DNA of 59,208 nt, filler included, from Sphacelaria rigidula (Eukaryota): the NCBI GenBank assembly GCA_964200075.2. It is 10 parts of 10 records of this genome, joined end to end, with 100 filler letters (N's around TTAATTAATTAA, not from the genome) between each part and the next. Parts side by side here need not be neighbours in the genome. Positions count along the whole stretch, not along the records: positions 47,449 to 53,278 come from CAXNAA020024126.1; positions 53,379 to 59,208 come from CAXNAA020024127.1; 8 more parts are not named here. One strand, given 5' to 3'. Positions 52,358 to 59,208 of this stretch are shown here, piece by piece. A program made the position numbers and the translations under genes. How positions within the stretch are numbered: the first letter of the stretch is position 1; each line of letters starts with the position of its first letter. The notes below the pieces were generated by a model. It was not told the DNA's origin. It did not search any database and was given only the letters and a program-made list of their open reading frames with translations.

Positions 52358-53122
52358 CTGCAATGCCGAACGTCAAGTGTGTTTGGTCGGTAATCTTCAC
52401 ATAGTCACCTACTCGCAAGCGCGTCAGTAGAGCGCCGCGTATTTTGGAAGTTGCCACAACCGGAGGTGTTCATGGTAAGCTTGCCCATCCACCGCTATTC
52501 AAGGTAGGAGTACGGACTATGAGTCTAGGCACAGTCCGTCGTGGCGTTGCCGAGCTGCGTGTGGGGGCATGCACATGACATGAAGCAAGCCTTTGTGATA
52601 CGACGCACAGGCAATTGTGACATCCTTGCGCGATGGAGAAATTGCGGTCGACGGAGTGTAAACAACTTACTCCGGGAAGCCGATACTCCAGCGACCGCCG
52701 GTTGTTTACGATTAACGTGCCACGCCGAAAACTGTCAGAGCAGTGGAACCCGCGTTTTCAGAACAAACGAGAGAAAAAAGATGGTGCGGAAGATGAGTGG
52801 CTTGAAACAAGGTCGCAACGGAAACAACTGCAAGAGGCAAACGAAAAACAACTCAAGGTCGGCATGGTATCAAACCCTTACCTCCTCGACTTTTGCCCTG
52901 CAGTTGGTCAACGGAAATACCCTCCCGCCCCAAGCTTCGCGCTTCTGATAATGATCTACCAGTCCATCCCAGGCCACCAATACACCTTCCAATACTTTGC
53001 TGATCGAAACCCAGCTCTTTGGCACGGCCCGTGCGTGACGGACTGCGGAGGGACCTTGTGGGAGATCGACCTGCACGGTTTTGGCCATTGGTGGACAAGA
53101 CGAGACAGGGAGGGCAAGGAGG

Positions 53123-53278
53123 GGGCGTACTCATTTGTTGCTTGCTTTAGTCGTATGAGCATTAACCACGCGTCCCTTTCGAGACGGAGAAGGGTGTACT
53201 CATGATCATGCATGCCATAGTCATCAGATCATCCACCTCGCATCCCTACAAAGCCGGGACGGAGCACGCCCGGTTTTC
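53123..53278 (+). repeat. Tandem A+B units of the GTACTC...GAGCAC repeat at the contig end
   Basis: Subtype A (53123-53190) followed by subtype B gtactcatgatcatgcatgccatagtcat...gcatccctacaaagccgggacggagcac. Confidence 0.85.
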
Positions 53279-53524
53279 NNNNNNNNNNNNNNNNNNNNNN
53301 NNNNNNNNNNNNNNNNNNNNNNTTAATTAATTAANNNNNNNNNNNNNNNNNNNNNNNNNNNNNNNNNNNNNNNNNNNNGGGGGCGGGGCGTACTCATTTG
53401 TTGCTTGCCTTTGTCGTTTGGCCATTGACCATGGGGAGGGGGGGGGGGGGTAAGGAGGAAGGATTAGATTCTTTACTTAGCACGACGAAGACACAGATAT
53501 TTCAATGGTTCAGTACAGAACATA

Positions 53525-54048
53525 CTTCCTCTGTCCCATAAGTAAAGGTACCTAAATTTGTACGGGCCCTTAACGATGTCCGATCGTTTTTTTTTTATGA
53601 ACTCTACGGTGTTTTTGGGGTTAAGAAATGTGTTTAAAATTTGCAGCTCGTGCTTGAACCATGCCGCCCAACAGCTGCAAAAAAAGTAGTCGGCCCAAAA
53701 ATGGCCCCTTTCCGAGGGGGAAAAAGTGTCGAAAAAAAGTTTCTTTGATTTTTTTTAATCGCGAGGGACTTCCTGGCAGCAAGCCCCAGTGAAGGCGGGG
53801 GAGATTGAAAAAAAACAAAAAACAAATTCTCGACACTTTTTTTCCGCTAGGAAAGGGGCAAAACACTGCCATTTTTGGACCGACTACTTTTTTTAAGCCT
53901 TTCGGCGGCATGGTTCAAGCACGAGCTGCAAATTTTGAACACATTTTCTTAACCCAAAAACACCGTAGAGTTCAGCAAAAAAAAAACGATCGGACATCGT
54001 TAAGGGCCCGTACAAATTTAGGTAATTTTACTCATGGGACAGAGGAAC
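53525..54048. mobile_element. Stowaway/mariner-like foldback MITE
   Basis: TA|CTTCCTCTGTCCCAT...ATGGGACAGAGGAAC|TA; the TIR resembles the Stowaway consensus CTCCCTCCGTCCC; arms pair over >200 bp. Confidence 0.88.
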
Positions 54049-54426
54049 TATAGATATTTTCCCACATACATCGAAACATACGCGTTATATTCTCGCACAA
54101 GTTACACTTTACCATACCGTGACTTCCCCAACCTCTTTCCCCCGAGCAGACTATATCGTCATATACTCTGCTTCGTCTCTACATGTCTCATGGCTGAATC
54201 CTATCCTGTGCTTGTGTATGCATGTGTGTGTGGGGGGTGGGGGGTGGGGGGTGGGGGGTGGGGGGTACTCATGTGTTGCTTGTCTCGGTCGTTTGACCAT
54301 TGATCACGCATCCGCTTCGAGACGGAGCACGGGGTGAGAGGGAGAATTAATGCCTACATATTATGGATGTCATGGACCAGGGGCCTTCAACAAACGGGGT
54401 GCCTTGTGTGGTTCGTTTGTTGCAAT

Positions 54427-54771
54427 TGTTGTGTGTGTTGTCATCCCATACATTCTGGACGCCAGTGTACACTACACCATCAGCCGGGGTCACACAGGAG
54501 GAAGGCCAACACACGAGTTTATTCATATTTGGTTCTAGTACCCCACCTTCCGCGTGCGGTGCTTGCCTTATTTATATCGTGAGAGGGGTTCAGCGGTCGC
54601 TTTCCCTCGTCGACCGTGAGGTCGAATTTTGTGTGCCCACGACATAGTCGCTCTCCACTGTTGAGCATGGTGTGAGAAACAATCTCAGACCGTGTGACTT
54701 CACCGAGATTCGAACCCACGACCCAATCGCCACAGGGTTTTGAGGTTACCAGCTGAGCCACTAGGGCGGCC
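54427..54771 (-). mobile_element. tRNA-derived SINE, uninterrupted copy
   Basis: Minus-strand A box TGGCTCAGCTGG (54749-54760) and B box GGTTCGAATC (54707-54716); CA-rich tail; homologous to 46069-46503. Confidence 0.88.
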
Positions 54772-55321
54772 GATCCTCAATTACGTTGAATCAGTGCACG
54801 CTTCCCGGGGAATTTTCATCGGCGGATTTCTTGTTGTTCCTTCTTTGAAATATTTGCTCTTCCCTCTTCACTTTACTCTGTTTCTCTCTTAACTCTTGTT
54901 CTTTGTCCCCCTCTTATCGAGGTTTCTCCATCGGGTCTTCTATCTAGTCTCCCCGTCTCGTTCACCGCGGGTACGTCCATCATGTGACCACATTTGGATT
55001 CGGGCAGACCAAGTAATATGTATTCACGAGCGACAGTCAATAGTGAATCAGTTTATCGATCAGAGCCAATTAGTCCGAACCCGAACTTTCCGAGATTTTT
55101 TTCGTGTCAAAAATGCGGATTACTCAAAAAGATATCAACGAAGGATTTAACTTCCGGATAACGGATATCTATCGACGAAATCGACTTGTAAACAACGACT
55201 AAGGAGTAGAGATCAGGTACGACAAAACAAAGCTCTCCTTGTTGGGCGTGTGTATGCAGCATGCATACCCTCTCAAGATTGATCTGCTATGATAGCCAAC
55301 CCCTAATGATACTACGATAGA

Positions 55322-55488
55322 GTGTACTCATGATCATGCATGCCATAGTCATAAGACCATTGGCCTCGCATCCCCACAATGCCGGGACGGAGCACGCCCA
55401 CGATGGGGGGGGGGGGCGTACTCATTTGTTGCTTGCCCTAGTCATTTGTTTGATCACTGACCAGCCATCCCTTCCGAGACGGAGCAGC
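55322..55488 (+). repeat. Tandem B+A units of the GTACTC...GAGCAC repeat separated by a G-run
   Basis: Direct similarity to the other copies. Confidence 0.8.
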
Positions 55489-57047
55489 GTTCCTACTCCT
55501 AATAGAGACACCTCCAATATTTGGCTCTCATGACGTTTCTTCCATACATTGCACTAAAACCTTCTGGATACGATAGGGGGGGGGGGGGGGGGGATTTTTG
55601 GCCCCTTTTTTCCCCAAAATCCATCCCCCCCCCGGGGTTGAAAAAAAACAAGTTTTTACAACCCCCTTTNNNNNNNNNNTTTGGAGCGCTAGCGTTCGGA
55701 GCAATGTGGTGGGGCGGGGGGGTGGCGGGTGGGGGGTGGGGTATTTTGGGCCATTTCTTCCACGAAATTCCATCTCAAACCGTCGTTGAAAACAACAACA
55801 GTTATTCAAACGCGCTTGTTACCAATAAGACACACTGATTCACACTGCTCGACACCGTTTTCATCCAAGTGCAAACGCATCGCGAGTAGTCAGGTCGTCT
55901 CACACACCCGTGCGCCCCTGATTTTGTGGAATCAACCTCCCCCCCCCGTATCGTAGCACCACTCCAATGTACACAAACCGGACGACGAACGCAGCCACCT
56001 CCTTGTGCTGAAGCACATTATGCTCACTGCCTTCCACGAAAATTCTGCGCTTGCTGTCTAACACTTCGAAAAACGACCATTCACAGCACTACTTGATAGA
56101 ATATACAATGGCAGCGGTCGATCGAAACGGGGGACATGAGAGGTCTTCGGCATCAAGATCTGTATACGCGGAGCTAACTCAATCCAAACGTGGACAGAAA
56201 TGACAAACTCATCATGACCTGGGTGTGAAGATCCGTGTAAAAAGTAAAAAAAAGAGTGGAAAAGAAACAACAAACCCGGGAAAAGATGGCGAAGAAATAA
56301 CAAGGCCAGTCAAAACATGCGTAAACAAGCCACCTTCACACCCACCTGAGAGACGGAAGGGATCCGCAGTCGACGGCAATCCGCCAGAGACACCTTCGGG
56401 TGCAGTGACCGCAGCCTCGACGGGTCCACTCTGCCAGCCAGGGAAGGGCTGTCGTTGTAAAGGCACAGTCCCCAAGGAACAAGCTCTGACCGCTCGTCTG
56501 GGACGTAAATATCCTAAAACATGAAAACGAGGCAATTACACAAGAGAAAAAAGAAAAAAAAAACACGAAAGAAACGATGCATCTGAGAGTAATTTTAGGT
56601 ACGAAGAACCCCAGCAACAGAACAAGACAAAACAGACAAATGAAGGAAAGAAGGAGCCAGCCAACCGACGAGGCAGGCGAGGAGACAACACAAGCGGAAG
56701 CCGAAAAAGAGACCACGGAGGGGACCACAGCGCAGCCGCAACAGCAAAAGACGAAGCGGAACGACGAAGGAATGAAAGGCAAGGAAACAAAACAACACGG
56801 TTCTAAACTAATGACAACGAAGCGACCAGAATGGAACGGAACGGAACGGAACCGGAACCGGAACAAAAAAATCAAACAACGAGGCGGTACGGCACAAGCC
56901 CAAGCGACACGAATTAAAAAAAAAAACTCGACCGGACTGGAACGAATAGGGCCGGGACAAACAATTGAACAAAGCAGAACGAGGACAAAACTTCGCTCAA
57001 CGAACACAAATGAGGACAAACAAGAACGATTTAGCTCTGCTTTTTAC

Positions 57048-57167
57048 CGTAGACAGGCGTCCAGCGGTATCCGCTTCCAACTCTGAAGCAAGCAGAGACA
57101 GAACCTTCAGGACCGCGCCCAGCTCGTTAGGGTTGAGACTTTGAGACCCGCACTCCCCAGCGAGCTC
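57048..57167 (-). CDS. SACS: Sacsin-like protein, internal exon
   Basis: ctacag|GAG ... ACG|gtaaaa; ELAGECGSQSLNPNELGAVLKVL resembles the remembered plant sacsin segment CGYQRLNPNELRAV. Confidence 0.78.
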
Positions 57168-58101
57168 CTGTAGAAACAAAAAAACAGAGTTCACAGTACG
57201 TCGTATGTCATATTCCACAGTGACACCGCCTTTTACCACGGGGTCAGTTGGAAAAAGAAGCATGGATAGGAGATGTAAAAATCTAACATGTCCTGCAGTA
57301 CACAAACGCCAGCCTGTGATTTTGACAACAAGTGATCCCCGAAGGGCCCCGTCGTAGTCATCATCCACAAGGTGGGGTGGGACGTGCCCAAGAGAAACAA
57401 ACCCGTGCCCAAGAAAAGCAAACCGGAAGCAGTCGCTTAAACATAAATGGGGGGAAAAAAATAACAGAACAAACAAACTGAGTGAACGGAAGAACCAGAG
57501 CCAGAACCAGAACCAGAACAAGAACAAAAACAAAGCATATGGGAGGAAAGGAAAGGAACGGAGAGTAACTAGCAAAAACTAATGAAACTAATAAAAATGT
57601 GACATTCCTCGACGGCCACTCGCAGGAATTTTCCCGTCTCATGTGGTGGTATCCACATCGACCCCCCCCCCCCCCCCCCGCGCGCGCGCACGCGCCTTTA
57701 GAAGCCTCTTCGTGCGTTCTTTCAACGAGAAGAGGTTTGTAGGGATAACCATTTGCGCCAGCTAGCGGTAAGGATGTACAAATTTTTTCGCATATCCTCT
57801 GCGTGAGTTGGGTCCCAAAGCGAACAATCTCCACCCAAGTCTGTCACCTGTGCTTCGAAGTCGGCCACCAGATGTCTTATCCCCTATCATTTTTACAACT
57901 TCACACCCTGTTCAATGTATGGCCAATAGATGAAAAAGACAAAAAATATACTTTACCCAGTATATTTTTTGTGTATTGCATCTATTGACCATACTCCAGT
58001 ATATCATACCGCCAATAGTTACAATAGGCCTATACTTTATGCAGTATGTTTCTTGTCTATTGCAACTCTTGACCATATATTGTCCAAGGTGTGGAAAATT
58101 T

Positions 58102-58313
58102 CAGAGCTCTTTACGTTACACGTCACAAATTTCGTCACACGTCACAAGTTGAGCCAGGCCAGTACTACGGTGGGGGCCTACATGGTCCCCCAGCGTAGTA
58201 CCAGCCAGACCCGACGCTTAATTTGAATTGACTTGACTTTACAGAGGGCTCCGCGTGTAACGAATTTTGGGACGTGTAACGTGAAGTTGTGACGTGTAAC
58301 GTCATGAGCCCTG
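58102..58313. mobile_element. hAT-type MITE in the sacsin intron
   Basis: Perfect 8-bp TSD GAAAATTT (58094-58101 and 58314-58321); TIR CAGAGCTC/GAGCCCTG; subterminal acgttacacgtcac inverted repeats. Confidence 0.85.
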
Positions 58314-58685
58314 GAAAATTTCTAGTCCCCGCCGAAATTTTTTCGGCATTTTTGGTCGGGGCAGGGATCCGAACCCGGGACCTCCCGCTCATGAAGCGTA
58401 CGAGTTGTCTGTCTCATAGTGTCATTTCATAATGTCATCAATGTCAAGAGGTGATCCCTCGATGGATACTTTGTTTGAATTTCCCCCCACTACATGGTGG
58501 TACTCACAAAAATAATCATGGACGGAATAAGACTAGAAAATGCCGCCCCCTGCAGTATGACTTCTGGTGAAAAAGGCCGTGCGCAAAAGAAAAGGGAATA
58601 CAGACAGGGGGTTGCAAAATAGACGACACCAGGTGTAACTATACTGAGAGCAAAAAAAAATATGTCGTTTGAATGCATACTGTAC

Positions 58686-58805
58686 CTTGAGGAAAGTCGC
58701 GTAGTCCGCGGCAGTGGGTGCCTGTGTCGTGCCGAGATTCTTGAAAAGTCGGTCGAACGCCCCGAATGCTCGAGGAACCTCAAACATGAACGGGGACAAG
58801 TTCTC
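58686..58805 (-). CDS. SACS: Sacsin-like protein, internal exon
   Basis: ttccag|GAG ... AAG|gtacag; ENLSPFMFEVPRAFGAFDRLFKNLG...DYATFLK resembles plant sacsin NLSPFAFELP; joins 57167 in phase 0. Confidence 0.8.
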
Positions 58806-58882
58806 CTGGAAAATAACACAATGCAAACGACATAGCCACAGAAGCAAGAATATGACCAACACAAGAAGCGCGCGGGCGGCGG

Positions 58883-59110
58883 GGTGTAGCCACAATCTTG
58901 CATGCCGTAGTCATATGACCAGTGACCTTGCATCCCTACAAAGCCGGGACGGAGCATACCAGGCTTTCGCGAGACCAGCCTCGTAGTCAATCACCAAGCG
59001 CGGGCGAGGAGGGGTGTACTCATGATCTTGCATCCCATAGTCATACGATCATTGACGTCGCATCCCTACAAAGCCGGGACGGAGCACGCCGGATTCTCGC
59101 CGGACCAGGC
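58883..59110 (+). repeat. Two tandem subtype-B GTACTC...GAGCAC units
   Basis: ...catccctacaaagccgggacggagca... twice; the extension gccgg(a/g)ttctcgccggaccaggc is shared with ~12090-12131. Confidence 0.8.
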
Positions 59111-59208
59111 TCGAAATCGATCGCCAAGTGCGAAGCGCCGTGGTGTGTTGGGCGAGTCGCATGAAGGGTGACCTGCATCCTGCTGAGATTGTTCGGACCG
59201 AAGCCTAC

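Noticed and set aside
5832..53378. Regularly spaced TTAATTAATTAA motifs as a CRISPR-like or periodic biological array
   Set aside because: They sit inside N-runs and are a six-frame-stop linker added during contig concatenation.
56336..57086. 227-aa and 169-aa ORFs (hydrophobic and Lys/Arg-rich)
   Set aside because: They arise from A-rich low-complexity sequence that is probably sacsin intron, with no motifs.
58352..58410. Minus-strand tRNA-like 3' half ending in CCA
   Set aside because: The 5' half is missing and the anticodon arm is non-canonical; a SINE or pseudogene remnant at best.

Overview
This is eukaryotic, intron-rich DNA dominated by transposable elements. It most resembles a brown alga or other stramenopile, which is an inference from the intron style, a ciliary IFT139-like exon and a plant-type sacsin. 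It is not one locus: ten unrelated contigs of 5831 or 5830 bp are joined by artificial 100-bp spacers (44 N, TTAATTAATTAA, 44 N), so adjacency across spacers means nothing. Host gene fragments: an IFT139/TTC21B-like exon, the 3' exons of a mitoferrin-type mitochondrial carrier with a long loop insertion, two sacsin-like exons, and the start of an RS/RD-rich protein. Mobile DNA: three decayed Ty3/Gypsy fragments (two related, one with a chromodomain), a Copia-like gag relic, a solo LTR, tRNA-derived SINEs, and MITEs of mariner/Stowaway, hAT, piggyBac and unclassified types, several nested with readable target-site duplications (TSDs). The two strongest novelty candidates are (1) a 340-codon exon joining a spinophilin/Phactr-like PP1-docking motif (RVxF...YDRR) to a fatty-acid-binding-protein-like domain, and (2) a cleanly spliced, stop-free 3-exon hAT-transposase-derived gene with a remodelled active-site motif. 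All protein assignments are by eye from remembered motifs; no database search was run.
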